Virus record (IMG/VR): IMGVR_UViG_3300016471_001002
Location: 32,001-96,000 of that record
DNA: 64,000 nucleotides
Source of the DNA: a virus
Taxonomy: Duplodnaviria > Caudoviricetes
Direction: 5' to 3' (one strand)
The notes under the pieces were generated by a model. It was not told the origin of the DNA and did not search any database. It saw nothing but the letters and a program-made list of their open reading frames with translations. This document shows, one piece after another, positions 29,611 to 39,428 of the stretch (position 1 is the stretch's first letter; each line of letters opens with the position of its first letter). Made by a program: the position numbers and the translations under genes.

Positions 29611-30572
29611 GTTTGAATCCTGATCATCCAATTTTGATAATTGATGCGCAGAACCTTTTCTTACGAAGCTGGGCTGCATATCCGACGATGAACAAGAATG
29701 GGGAACCGATGGGTGGATGCATCGGTTTCCTAAAATCCTTTCAAAGGATTGTTCGTGAAATCCAGCCTTCTCATGTGTATATTGCATGGGAAGGTGGTGG
29801 ATCTCGTCGCAGAAGAAATCTGTATTCAGAATATAAACTCGGTCGCCGACCCGAAAAGTTGAACCGGTTCTATGGCGATGACATTCCTGATTCTGAAGAG
29901 AACAGAAAACATCAGTTGATAACTCTTTTAGGAATGCTAAAGTTCGTCCCTGCATGTCAAATTTACGTCTCTGATTGCGAAGGAGATGACATCGTAGCCC
30001 ACCTGTGTGAAGGTCCTCTTCGTAACGATGATAAGGTCATTGTCTCTTCAGATAAAGACATGTACCAATTGCTTGATGATAACACGAAGATTTACAGTCT
30101 TCACAAGAAGAAAATCGTCACAGCAGACGAGATTTTTGAAGAATTTAGGATCAAAACGAAAAATTTTGCAATTGCAAAAGCAATTTGCGGAGACCCAGGG
30201 GATAATGTTCCTGGAGTAAAAGGTATTGGATTTAAAAAGGTTGCATCAAAAATACCAATTCTAGGTAGTGATCAAGAATTAATTTTGCAAGAAGTTTTTG
30301 ACTTTTGTCAATCCAAAATTGATGAATCTATTATTTATCGTCGCATCATGGATAGCGTAGAAGACATCAAGAGAAATTGGAAGTTGGTCCATCTTGATGG
30401 AAGTATGTTGTCTGCAGATCAAGTTTCGAAGGTGCGACATGTCATCGATACATTCACACCTCGGATGGATAGGATGGGATTGATTCGAGCACTAGTTAAA
30501 GAAGGTATCGAAGGTTTTGATGTCGAAGGTTTCTTTTACGACCTCAGCTCTTTAATCGCTATTCAACACTGA
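29607..30572 (+). CDS. 5'-3' exonuclease / flap endonuclease (T4 RNase H-like)
   Basis: LIIDAQN, EGDD, SSDKDMYQL, GDPGDNVPGVKGIG. Confidence 0.9.
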   Translation: MSLNPDHPILIIDAQNLFLRSWAAYPTMNKNGEPMGGCIGFLKSFQRIVREIQPSHVYIAWEGGGSRRRRNLYSEYKLGRRPEKLNRFYGDDIPDSEENRKHQLITLLGMLKFVPACQIYVSDCEGDDIVAHLCEGPLRNDDKVIVSSDKDMYQLLDDNTKIYSLHKKKIVTADEIFEEFRIKTKNFAIAKAICGDPGDNVPGVKGIGFKKVASKIPILGSDQELILQEVFDFCQSKIDESIIYRRIMDSVEDIKRNWKLVHLDGSMLSADQVSKVRHVIDTFTPRMDRMGLIRALVKEGIEGFDVEGFFYDLSSLIAIQH

Positions 30573-30581
30573 TTTTTATTT

Positions 30582-32003
30582 ATGACTACACAAAACACTA
30601 CTCCGACATTCGGCACGTACGGCAAGTCTTTTCAAGAAAAGATCATGCAAGCATTGTTGACTGATTGGAAGTTTGCCGAACAGATGACAGAAGTATTTGA
30701 TTCAAATTACTTTGAATTGAAGTACCTTCAATTTCTATCAGATCGTTATTTTTCTTATTCAAAAAAATACAAAGTTTTTCCAACTTTACAGTTGCTTGTT
30801 ACGATCATTAGAGAAGATCTTAAGATAGGGACTGACGTCATTCTGCGAGACCAAATCATCGATTATCTCCAGAGGATGAAGAGTAATCCTGATCCTGGAG
30901 ATCTTCAGTTCGTTCGTGAAAAATCGCTTGACTTTTGTCGCAAGCAGGCGCTGAAAGCCGCATTAGAAAATGCAGTTGATCAGATGCAGGCGGACAAATA
31001 TGAATCAATTGTAGAATCAATTAAGAAAGCAGTCCAGGTCGGAACGGCTCCATCTGTAGGCCACGACTTCTTTAATGAGATGGATGCACGTTTCACTAGA
31101 CTCAAGCGTGATACAATTCCGACTGGCATCCCAGAGATTGACAAAAAGGAACTATTAAACGGTGGATCAGGAAAGGGAGAACTTCTTTGTGTCGTCGGCG
31201 GTTCTGGTTCTGGTAAATCTCACTTCCTCACGATGATTGGAGCCAATGCTCTTAGAAACGGAAAGAATGTTCTTCATTATACCTTTGAACTATCTGAAAC
31301 AGCCGTCGGTATCAGGTATGATTCAAACTTATGTGACATTGATTCAAATGAAGTGATGGACCGTAAAGACGAAGTGAAGTCATTCTATGAATCAAATAAA
31401 AACCTTGGAAGACTTTTTATTAAAGAGTACCCAACAAATACTGCATCAATCTTTACGATCAGGTCTCATGTTGAGCGACTGGATCTCAAAGGTTTCAAAC
31501 CAGACATTATTATCATTGATTATGCAGACATCATGAGATCGACAAGACAATTCGATTCTTTACGACACGAGCTTAAGCTTGTTTATGAAGAGTTGCGTGG
31601 ATTGGCAATGGAGTATGGAATTCCAATTTGGACTGCTTCACAGTCCAACAAGGAAGGTGCTAATGCAGAAGTCATTGACATGACAAACATGTCTGAAGCA
31701 TATGGTAAGGCAATGATTTGTGATTTTATCATCTCCGTATCCCGTCGCTCGCATGAAAAAGCTAATGGATGGGGAAGACTATACGTTGCAAAGAACCGCG
31801 CAGGAAGAGATGGATTGATTTTCCCAGCAAAGATTAATACTGCAAGAAGTCAATTTGAGATAGTCGGCGCAGCAGATGTTCCTGATGCGGCAATCGTTTC
31901 CGATGATGAAGCTCAAAAAAGAGCATTAAGAGCTAAATGGCAAGAATTAAAGAAAGAATTTTCGACACAAAAACCAAACAATTTGGAAGCCAACGTTATA
32001 TAA
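30582..32003 (+). CDS. dnaB: Replicative helicase (DnaB/gp41 family)
   Basis: GGSGSGKS, YTFELSE, IIIDYADIM, WTASQSN, VAKNRAG. Confidence 0.88.
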   Translation: MTTQNTTPTFGTYGKSFQEKIMQALLTDWKFAEQMTEVFDSNYFELKYLQFLSDRYFSYSKKYKVFPTLQLLVTIIREDLKIGTDVILRDQIIDYLQRMKSNPDPGDLQFVREKSLDFCRKQALKAALENAVDQMQADKYESIVESIKKAVQVGTAPSVGHDFFNEMDARFTRLKRDTIPTGIPEIDKKELLNGGSGKGELLCVVGGSGSGKSHFLTMIGANALRNGKNVLHYTFELSETAVGIRYDSNLCDIDSNEVMDRKDEVKSFYESNKNLGRLFIKEYPTNTASIFTIRSHVERLDLKGFKPDIIIIDYADIMRSTRQFDSLRHELKLVYEELRGLAMEYGIPIWTASQSNKEGANAEVIDMTNMSEAYGKAMICDFIISVSRRSHEKANGWGRLYVAKNRAGRDGLIFPAKINTARSQFEIVGAADVPDAAIVSDDEAQKRALRAKWQELKKEFSTQKPNNLEANVI

Positions 32004-32028
32004 TTAAATTTCCCACTGAGAGACCAAT

Positions 32029-34611
32029 ATGACTTACACACGCGATGAAGCATACCAGGCATCTTTAAAATACTTTAACGGTGATGAATTAGCAGCAAGC
32101 GTATATTGCGACAAATATGCTCTAAGGAATCCTGCAGGAAGTTTGCTGGAACTAACTCCATCAGACATGCACGTTCGATTAGCCAAGGAATTTGCTCGAA
32201 TCGAGGCAAAATATCCGAACCCCATGTCTGAGAAGGAGATTTTTTGCCTCCTCGCTGATGTTGAGCACATCGATGTTTCGCAACGTGCAGTAATGTCTCT
32301 TGAGGAACTTGCCAAGGAATCTCGTGGTCTAGGACCTGTAGTTCCTCAAGGTTCACCGATGTCGGCAATTGGAAATGAATTCCAGTATCAATCTCTGTCG
32401 AACTGCTTTGTCATTCAGTCTCCTTATGATTCTTATGCCGGTATTCTTAAGGCTGATCAAGAACAAGCGCAGATCATGAAACGAAGAGGTGGCGTTGGTT
32501 TTGACATTTCTACGATTCGTCCGAAAGGAATTGTCACCGCCAATGCAGCTCGCACTACCGACGGTATTGGCGTCTTCATGGAGAGGTTCTCAAACACCTG
32601 CCGTGAAGTGGCCCAAGGCGGCCGCCGCGGTGCTTTGATGTTGACGATTGATGTTCACCATCCCGAAATTAGAACATTCGTTAACATCAAACGAGACCTC
32701 AAAAAGGTTACCGGTGCAAACATCTCGATCCGCTTGACGGATGAATTCATGCAGGCGGTGAAGGACGGTAATAAGGTTCATCTTCGGTTCCCTGTTGAGA
32801 AAAACGCAAAACATTTAGTTGAAGAGATGGTTGATGCCAAGCAACTTTGGCATGAAATCATCGAGGCTGCATGGGCCTCAGCTGAACCCGGTCTTCTATT
32901 TTGGGATACTGTCAAAAAGCGTACCCCAACTGAAGCGTATGCATCTGTTGGATATGGGTCAACATCAACGAATCCATGCGGTGAGATTGTTCTATCTCCT
33001 TACGATTCGTGCAGATTGCTTCTAGTCAATCTTTATAAGTTTGTAAAGAATCCATTTACTTCAGCTGCTGCATACGACAATGAAAGATTCAAGGACGTCG
33101 TCATCAAGGCTCAACGCCTTATGGACGATCTCATCGATCTTGAGATTGAAGCTGTAGATAAAATTATTTCCAAGATTAAGAAAGATCCTGAACCTGATGA
33201 TGTAAAACAATCGGAACTTAATCTTTGGATTAAAATTAAGGAAGCAGCTTTGGGCGGTCGTAGAACCGGTCTTGGAATTACTGCTTTGGGTGATGCTATA
33301 GCCGCTATGGGATTCGTTTACGGATCGCAACAATCCATTCAGATGACAGAATCACTCTACAAGGCTCTTGCACTCTCTGCATATCGTTCAACAATCACGA
33401 TGGCAGAGGAACGTGGAGCATTCCCTGTCTTCTCACACAAGCTCGAGGCCGAGCATCCATTCGTCAAGCAGATCCTCGAAGCAAATCCAGAGCTCGTCAG
33501 AGATTATAAGAAGCATGGTCGTAGAAACATTGCCCTTACGACAACGGCTCCTGCTGGTTCTGTCTCGGTTCTTACCCAAACCACATCCGGTATCGAACCT
33601 GCATTCATGTTGTTCTACAAACGCCGCAAGAAGGTCAACGGTGATGATCCAAATGTCAAGGTCGACTTTGTTGATCCACTCGGTGATAAGTGGCAGGAAT
33701 TCATGGTCTACCACCATGCATTCAAGAAATGGATGGAGGTCAACCACAAGACAAAGGACAACGTTGCAGAGTCTCCTTACCACGGTGGAACAGCCAACGA
33801 GATCGATTGGGTCGCCAAGGTAGATCTTCAGGCCGCGGCCCAGAAGTGGATCTGCCATTCTATCTCCAACACAACAAACATCCCTAATTCAACTTCCGTA
33901 GATGTTGTCAAGGAGATCTACATGAAGGGTTGGGAGACTGGATGCAAGGGTGTCACTATCTATCGTGATGGTTGCCGAACCGGCGTCCTTGTGGCCGAGA
34001 CGAAGCCTGAAGAGAAGAAGGTGGACCTCGATGGTCAACCGGAGACCATGGTAGAAAGCCATGCGCCAAAGCGACCCAAGGAATTAACCTGTGATATTCA
34101 CAGAATTAACGTGAGGGCAGGTGGTGACAACGAGAGCTACTTGGTGTTGGTCGGACGGTTGGATGACAAACCTTACGAGATCTTCTGCGGTCTATCTCAA
34201 CACGTCGAGGTACCAAAGAAGGCGAAGACAGGCACTCTTATCAAGAATGGTAAGAAGGATGGTGTGGCGACGTACAATCTCCAGATTCCAATCGGTGATG
34301 ATGACCACCTCCTTTTTAAGGATGTTGTCGAACTTTTTGCCAATCCAAACCACGGAGCAATGACGAGGACACTTTCTCTTGCTCTTCGACACGGAGTCCC
34401 TGTTCAATATGTCGTCGAACAGTTGCAGAAAGACAAGCACAGCGGATTGCAGTCTTTTTCAAAGGCGATTGCTAGAGTCTTAAAGAGCTACATTCCGGAT
34501 GGAACCAAGTCCAACTCTGATAAGATCTGCGGGTCGTGCGGACTTGAAGGAATCGTCTATAAAGAAGGATGCGCGACTTGTAATTCTTGCGGGTGGAGCA
34601 AGTGCGGGTAA
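32029..34611 (+). CDS. nrdJ: Class II (B12-dependent) ribonucleotide reductase with C-terminal TSCPD/Zn-ribbon
   Basis: SNCFV, RRGGVG, TNPCGE, APAGS, TTSGIEP, GCKGVTIYRDG, terminal CxxC..CxxCGWSKC; no NrdB nearby. Confidence 0.88.
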   Translation: MTYTRDEAYQASLKYFNGDELAASVYCDKYALRNPAGSLLELTPSDMHVRLAKEFARIEAKYPNPMSEKEIFCLLADVEHIDVSQRAVMSLEELAKESRGLGPVVPQGSPMSAIGNEFQYQSLSNCFVIQSPYDSYAGILKADQEQAQIMKRRGGVGFDISTIRPKGIVTANAARTTDGIGVFMERFSNTCREVAQGGRRGALMLTIDVHHPEIRTFVNIKRDLKKVTGANISIRLTDEFMQAVKDGNKVHLRFPVEKNAKHLVEEMVDAKQLWHEIIEAAWASAEPGLLFWDTVKKRTPTEAYASVGYGSTSTNPCGEIVLSPYDSCRLLLVNLYKFVKNPFTSAAAYDNERFKDVVIKAQRLMDDLIDLEIEAVDKIISKIKKDPEPDDVKQSELNLWIKIKEAALGGRRTGLGITALGDAIAAMGFVYGSQQSIQMTESLYKALALSAYRSTITMAEERGAFPVFSHKLEAEHPFVKQILEANPELVRDYKKHGRRNIALTTTAPAGSVSVLTQTTSGIEPAFMLFYKRRKKVNGDDPNVKVDFVDPLGDKWQEFMVYHHAFKKWMEVNHKTKDNVAESPYHGGTANEIDWVAKVDLQAAAQKWICHSISNTTNIPNSTSVDVVKEIYMKGWETGCKGVTIYRDGCRTGVLVAETKPEEKKVDLDGQPETMVESHAPKRPKELTCDIHRINVRAGGDNESYLVLVGRLDDKPYEIFCGLSQHVEVPKKAKTGTLIKNGKKDGVATYNLQIPIGDDDHLLFKDVVELFANPNHGAMTRTLSLALRHGVPVQYVVEQLQKDKHSGLQSFSKAIARVLKSYIPDGTKSNSDKICGSCGLEGIVYKEGCATCNSCGWSKCG

Positions 34612-34617
34612 TATTTA
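34611..34617 (+). promoter_or_regulatory. Putative late promoter ATATTTA
   Basis: ATANTTA 6 nt before ATG 34624. Confidence 0.5.
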
Positions 34618-34623
34618 GTTTTT

Positions 34624-34950
34624 ATGAAAATAAAAGTTAAAGATCTTAAACGATTAATTAGGGAAAGTTATGCTCGTGAAATCCCGTCATATGTCGTTGA
34701 TGAGATTTACATTTCAGCTTCTAAATTAGATCCAAAAAAATCTGCAAAATATTGCAAAGAACAATTAGAGCATTATTTTAAAATGCATATTAATTCTACT
34801 TCTTCAAATCCAGCTGATATGAGAATGAAGATTATCAAAATGCATAATGTTCTTTCGAATATGGAAGAAGAGATTAGAGAATTAAAAAACTTTAAAGAAG
34901 AATTAAAAGAAGTAATTGATCAAAGTATCAGACGTTTCCTGTTCATTTAA
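34624..34950 (+). CDS. Hypothetical protein with shared N-terminal motif
   Basis: MKIKVKDLKRLIRES matches the motif family in this window. Confidence 0.6.
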   Translation: MKIKVKDLKRLIRESYAREIPSYVVDEIYISASKLDPKKSAKYCKEQLEHYFKMHINSTSSNPADMRMKIIKMHNVLSNMEEEIRELKNFKEELKEVIDQSIRRFLFI

Positions 34951-34992
34951 ATTGTTGTGTTCAATTAAAGTAGTACATAGTAATATTGTCCC

Positions 34993-35652
34993 ATGCCTCC
35001 TAGGTCTAACAAAGTTGAATTAATTGGATATTATGGTTCTGACGAAACTCATGCACTTTCAGCATGGACATCAACATCAAGAGATCTAACTGAGGATAAA
35101 AGAGAAAGAATTCCAAAGCTACTTAAAATGTTAGCCGAAAATTCACATGAGACCCCTTTTGAAAAGAGTTCACTGCATTTTCTGGTAACCACAGACATTG
35201 CTTCTCACATCCATCTCTTGAAGCATCGTATCGGCGTATCAATTAATGCTGAATCAGCTCGTTATAAAGAGCTTAAGGAAGACAAATATCACGTTCCGAT
35301 TGACTGGGACTCAGAGGAACAAGAGATTTACATCGAACATATGGAATCCAGCCTACAAAAGTATCACTCTACGTTAGAAAGGTTGGTTCAAAAAGGGATG
35401 AGTAGGAAGAGAGCTAAGGAATCAGCTCGATTATATCTTCCTTATGGAAATCAGATAACTGCCGACGTCATGTTCAATTTTCGTAGTTTTGTCCACTTTC
35501 TTCGATTACGATATTCAGAACACGCCCAAGTAGAAATTAGAGACATCGCAAAACAGATGTTAGATCTTGTTCATTCGACTGGATCTTTTAATCATACGAT
35601 GGAGGCATTTGGATTGACGATTGAAGGAAATTTGAGAGGGCCTTTTACATGA
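34993..35652 (+). CDS. thyX: Flavin-dependent thymidylate synthase
   Basis: HETPFE, KHRIGVSINAESARY (ThyX motif), KESARLYLP, NFRSFVHFLRLR..HAQVEIR. Confidence 0.93.
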   Translation: MPPRSNKVELIGYYGSDETHALSAWTSTSRDLTEDKRERIPKLLKMLAENSHETPFEKSSLHFLVTTDIASHIHLLKHRIGVSINAESARYKELKEDKYHVPIDWDSEEQEIYIEHMESSLQKYHSTLERLVQKGMSRKRAKESARLYLPYGNQITADVMFNFRSFVHFLRLRYSEHAQVEIRDIAKQMLDLVHSTGSFNHTMEAFGLTIEGNLRGPFT

Positions 35653-36242
35653 GCAAGATCATCGTGATTGAAGGACCAGATCGTGTAGGAAAACAGACTC
35701 AAACTCGTCTTTTGAAAAGAAAACTTTCAGAAAGAGGATTTTCTTCGATCGTTATTGAAGTACCAATTAAATCGGCGGTAACGTACAGAATCATTTATTG
35801 GATGCTTCAAAATGGTCTTGCAAAAAAATTTCCAAAAATCTTTCAATGGTTTCAATATATGAATAGAAAGATTTTTCAAGTTTTTAAATTGCCTCATTTA
35901 GAAAAAAACCATGATTGTATCATCATGGACAGATGGAGTTTATCTACTATAGTGTATGGCGTTGCCGAAGGAGTTCCTTTGGAGTATACCATGAAATTAG
36001 CTAGAAAGTTGAGAGAACCAGATCATACGATTATTCTTCATGGAGATTCGCACGTTCATGAAGCTGAAGATTCATATGAGGCAGATTCTGAACTTCAAAA
36101 AAATGTTAGAATTGAGTATGCAAAATGGGCAAAAAACAACCCAAAAACGACAACACTTATTGACTGCCGACAAGAAAAAAAGGTAATTTCTAAAAGAATT
36201 AGAAATGTATTGTATGAAAGAGGAATTTTAGAAAGACCTTAA
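35649..36242 (+). CDS. tmk: Thymidylate kinase
   Basis: IEGPDRVGKQTQ P-loop, MDRWSLST, PDHTI. Confidence 0.8.
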   Translation: MSKIIVIEGPDRVGKQTQTRLLKRKLSERGFSSIVIEVPIKSAVTYRIIYWMLQNGLAKKFPKIFQWFQYMNRKIFQVFKLPHLEKNHDCIIMDRWSLSTIVYGVAEGVPLEYTMKLARKLREPDHTIILHGDSHVHEAEDSYEADSELQKNVRIEYAKWAKNNPKTTTLIDCRQEKKVISKRIRNVLYERGILERP

Positions 36243-36295
36243 ATTTATAATACAAAATAGTTTTTTTATGTATGATTTATTAAATTAGAGGTGTT

Positions 36296-36559
36296 ATGAA
36301 CTATAAAATTTCAGATTCAGTTGCGATGCGGTTTATTCAAATTTTTCAAGAGGCAGTTTTAATGGGAGTAGATGGCGCAGATTTAATGCGACAGGTTCGT
36401 TTAACTGTCGACGAGTCATCTCCTGATACGTTAACCTTACATCCTGAATATGAGAAAATGGTTGAAGCCCAGCATAAGAAATACCTTGAAGATGCTGAAA
36501 AATTAAAGTCTCAATCTGAAACTTTGACCGATGTTCCTAAATTAATTTTTGAGAATTGA
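36296..36559 (+). CDS. Hypothetical protein
   Basis: 87-aa ORF with GAGG SD. Confidence 0.65.
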   Translation: MNYKISDSVAMRFIQIFQEAVLMGVDGADLMRQVRLTVDESSPDTLTLHPEYEKMVEAQHKKYLEDAEKLKSQSETLTDVPKLIFEN

Positions 36560-36637
36560 AACTGCGATGAAATTTGCAATATTCATGATATTGTTTTCTA
36601 TCATTGTTATCATGAAAGCTTCAAACACAAAGGAATA

Positions 36638-37006
36638 TTGATGGACAAGCTACAAGAAATGTGGGAGCAACAAAAACAATTTATGGAGTTGTTGCGACAA
36701 CAACGAGACTTTCCTCCATTTCCAGTTGATCCAACGTCTAAGTCTGGTCAAAAACTTCTTAAAGGAATTACGCATGAATGTATGCATGAGCTCTTCGAAG
36801 CTAACCAGACATTAAAAAACTCAAAGGATCATCGTGCAACAGATGTGAAAGAGTTTGATAGAGAACATTATGTCGAAGAGCTCGTCGACGCTCTTCATTA
36901 TTTTTTTGAAATTGCAATTCTTAGTGGCATAACTTTGGATGAGCTTCATGATTCATACATGAAAAAAGGCGAAACTAACGTAAACAGAATTAAAAATGGG
37001 TATTGA
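36638..37006 (+). CDS. All-alpha NTP pyrophosphatase (MazG/dimeric dUTPase fold; dCTPase gp56-like candidate)
   Basis: HECMHELFEA and YVEELVDALHYF acidic motifs; YMKKGETN..R..NGY. Confidence 0.7.
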   Translation: MMDKLQEMWEQQKQFMELLRQQRDFPPFPVDPTSKSGQKLLKGITHECMHELFEANQTLKNSKDHRATDVKEFDREHYVEELVDALHYFFEIAILSGITLDELHDSYMKKGETNVNRIKNGY

Positions 37007-37111
37007 TAAAAATATTTTTACCCCTTTTCAAAATTTTAATGATGTTTATCATGTCTCCGTAACGATGGAATGCAACAAAATCCATCGACTTTATAAAAAG
37101 GAGATAGAAAA

Positions 37112-37471
37112 ATGTTGACTAGATACTACGATAGTATTCGCACACCTGTGTTTAATTTGCTTGATCCATTTAAGGTTTTTAACGACTTTGAAATGACGAG
37201 TTATCAACGTCAATTAGATTCTATTGATGAAGAAGGTATTAAAATTGAACTACCCGGTGTTAAATCCATGGATGTCGACGTAACGGTAGAAGGTAGAACT
37301 TTGAAAGTTTCAGGTAAATCTAGGCATGGAAAAGAATTTAGTTATGCTTACAATTTAAGATCAACTGTAGATGAATCAGGGATTGTTGCAAAGCTTGAAG
37401 ACGGTCTTTTGTCAATTTCTTTACCAAAGAAACAAGAGAGTACCGCAAGAAAAATTCACGTTTCTGGTTAA
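37112..37471 (+). CDS. Small heat shock protein (Hsp20)
   Basis: IELPGVK..DVDV.VEGRTLKVSG, AKLEDGLLSISLPK. Confidence 0.9.
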   Translation: MLTRYYDSIRTPVFNLLDPFKVFNDFEMTSYQRQLDSIDEEGIKIELPGVKSMDVDVTVEGRTLKVSGKSRHGKEFSYAYNLRSTVDESGIVAKLEDGLLSISLPKKQESTARKIHVSG

Positions 37472-37494
37472 AAGTTGTTTTCAGTTGATGCTCG

Positions 37495-37521
37495 AGGCTC
37501 GATAAAAAATCGAGCCTTTTT
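37495..37521 (+). terminator. Rho-independent terminator
   Basis: aggctcgat-aaaaa-atcgagcct plus T run. Confidence 0.8.
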
Positions 37522-37534
37522 ACTTTTATGATGT

Positions 37535-37541
37535 ATAATTA
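37535..37541 (+). promoter_or_regulatory. Putative late promoter ATAATTA
   Basis: After terminator, upstream of GGAG-ATG 37565. Confidence 0.5.
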
Positions 37542-37552
37542 ATCGTATCAAT

Positions 37553-38086
37553 TTGGAGATACATATGAAAATAACTGAATCAAAACTTCGTCAAATAATC
37601 AAAGAAGAATACCTCAGAGTAACCCCCGTGATGCCCGGTGAGATTATGTCTGAAGCTCGCGCGATGTACTTGGCAGAAGAAATTGTCAATGAAGGATTTT
37701 TTACCAACGCATTGGGCGCTATCAAGGGATTAGCGTCTGGAATCGGTGCTGCAGGAGCGAAAGCTGGAGAAAAAGCTGCAGGAGCAGCTTCTAAAGTTGG
37801 AGGACAGCTAGCAGCAGCTGCTCAAAAATTAGCAGCGCCGGTCGCCGCTGCAGGAAAAGATGCAATTGCAGCGATTAAAGACATCAAAGACGCCGGCGTG
37901 AAAGCAGCTGCGATGACAGCATCGAATACAATCAAAGCTGCTTTAGAAAAAGAAGTCAAGAATCAAGTTGCTATAATCATTCAAAAAGAAGTTGCCGCTG
38001 GAAAGGATGAGGCTTCAGCAAAGGCTGAAGCTGAAGCAGTCGTATCAAACGCTTTAGCTGCCGCTCTTATGGGCATTGGCGGCTGA
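37553..38086 (+). CDS. Ala/Lys-rich hypothetical protein with shared N-terminal motif (start likely 37565)
   Basis: MKITESKLRQIIKEE; IVNE site; amphipathic Ala-rich body. Confidence 0.7.
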   Translation: MEIHMKITESKLRQIIKEEYLRVTPVMPGEIMSEARAMYLAEEIVNEGFFTNALGAIKGLASGIGAAGAKAGEKAAGAASKVGGQLAAAAQKLAAPVAAAGKDAIAAIKDIKDAGVKAAAMTASNTIKAALEKEVKNQVAIIIQKEVAAGKDEASAKAEAEAVVSNALAAALMGIGG

Positions 38087-38108
38087 TTAGTTAATTAGAA
38101 CTTTATCT

Positions 38109-38137
38109 TTGTATAATATTTCAATGTTGTATACAAT
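38109..38137 (+). promoter_or_regulatory. Sigma70-like early promoter TTGTAT-N17-TACAAT
   Basis: Exact spacing; ATG 38150 12 nt downstream with no SD. Confidence 0.6.
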
Positions 38138-38149
38138 GTTGATCATTAT

Positions 38150-38587
38150 ATGACAGAAGAAGAAGATAAAGTTCTTTGCGAAAAATATCCCAAGATATTC
38201 AAAAACAGAAACGGATCCATACAAGAAACCTGTATGGCTTGGGGGTTTGAGTGTGGATCCGGATGGTTTGATATCATCGATATCCTTTGTCACGAAATAC
38301 AAAATCATGTAGACTGGAAGTCTAAAGATCTATCAGAAGAAGAGAAAGAATCTCTACAGGTTGTTGCAGACCAGGTCAAAGAAAAATTTGGCACTCTTCG
38401 TTTTTATTACAGCGGAGGTGATGATGTCATCGAAGGTATGGTTTCGATGGCTGAATCGATATCACATCGCATTTGTGAAGAATGTGGTTGTCCAGGTGAT
38501 CCGCGCAAAGGTTCATGGATAAAAACTCTTTGTGACAAATGCAATGATGAAAGAAAGACGAAGATGGGAGTAATTCGATGCGTTTAG
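38150..38587 (+). CDS. Conserved phage hypothetical protein with C-terminal Zn-finger
   Basis: WGFECGSGW, QVKEKFGTLRFY, CEECG..CDKC. Confidence 0.75.
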   Translation: MTEEEDKVLCEKYPKIFKNRNGSIQETCMAWGFECGSGWFDIIDILCHEIQNHVDWKSKDLSEEEKESLQVVADQVKEKFGTLRFYYSGGDDVIEGMVSMAESISHRICEECGCPGDPRKGSWIKTLCDKCNDERKTKMGVIRCV

Positions 38588-39411
38588 CATGGATGACTGA
38601 TATTCATCTCGATATGGCAGGAGATATTTTTAATAAAATCTTGTCAATGTCGATGTCTAGTCATGAAGCTGATGCAATATTAATCACTGGAGACATATCA
38701 GTTTCTAATACCTTAACGCAGCATCTGTCTGCTCTTGAAATTGGGTTTAATAAACCAATTTATTTCGTTCTTGGAAATCATGACTATTACGGATCTAATA
38801 TATCGACAGTAAGAAGAAACGTCGTGAATTATTGTAATTCTTCATCTTTTTTAAGATATATGACATCCGTTCCTTACGTAAAATTAGAAGAAGGAACATA
38901 TTTGATTGGACACGATGGATGGTATGATGCCCAAAATGGTAATCCGTACAGCGATTCTTTGTTGATGAATGATTGGATTCAAATAGCTGATTATAATGCA
39001 GCGTTAAGATCTTCTTTTGGTGGAAAGACTTTAAATAAAAACGTTATCATCAATATTTCACAAAAGTTAGCGCAACTTGCAGCGAACCATGTAGCAAATT
39101 CTATTAAGTCTATTGTTAAAGAAAGTGAACATATCATCATAATGACTCATGTTCCTCCATTTAAAGAGACTTTTAATGCATCTGAAAAATATAAAGGAAT
39201 GTCTTCATTAGAAATTATGCCGTGGTATACTTCTAAGATCATGGGAGATACTTTGTTTGCTGCTGCAAAAACATATCCACACGTTAAGTTTACAGTATTA
39301 TCTGGTCACGTTCATAGTTATTATGACGATGATTTGCTAAATAACTTAAACGTTAAAGTCGGAAAAGCTATTTACGGAAATCCTCAGTTAGCAAGTTTGA
39401 TATCGATTTAA
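38578..39411 (+). CDS. Calcineurin-like metallophosphoesterase
   Basis: TDIH, TGD, GNHD, THVPP, GHVH. Confidence 0.9.
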   Translation: MRLAWMTDIHLDMAGDIFNKILSMSMSSHEADAILITGDISVSNTLTQHLSALEIGFNKPIYFVLGNHDYYGSNISTVRRNVVNYCNSSSFLRYMTSVPYVKLEEGTYLIGHDGWYDAQNGNPYSDSLLMNDWIQIADYNAALRSSFGGKTLNKNVIINISQKLAQLAANHVANSIKSIVKESEHIIIMTHVPPFKETFNASEKYKGMSSLEIMPWYTSKIMGDTLFAAAKTYPHVKFTVLSGHVHSYYDDDLLNNLNVKVGKAIYGNPQLASLISI

Positions 39412-39428
39412 TTATTGGGAGGCGACTC

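Noticed and set aside
36567-36641. 24-aa hydrophobic mini-ORF MKFAIFMILFSIIVIMKASNTKEY
   Set aside because: No SD, and AT-rich intergenic DNA readily yields hydrophobic codons; unsupported without homologs.
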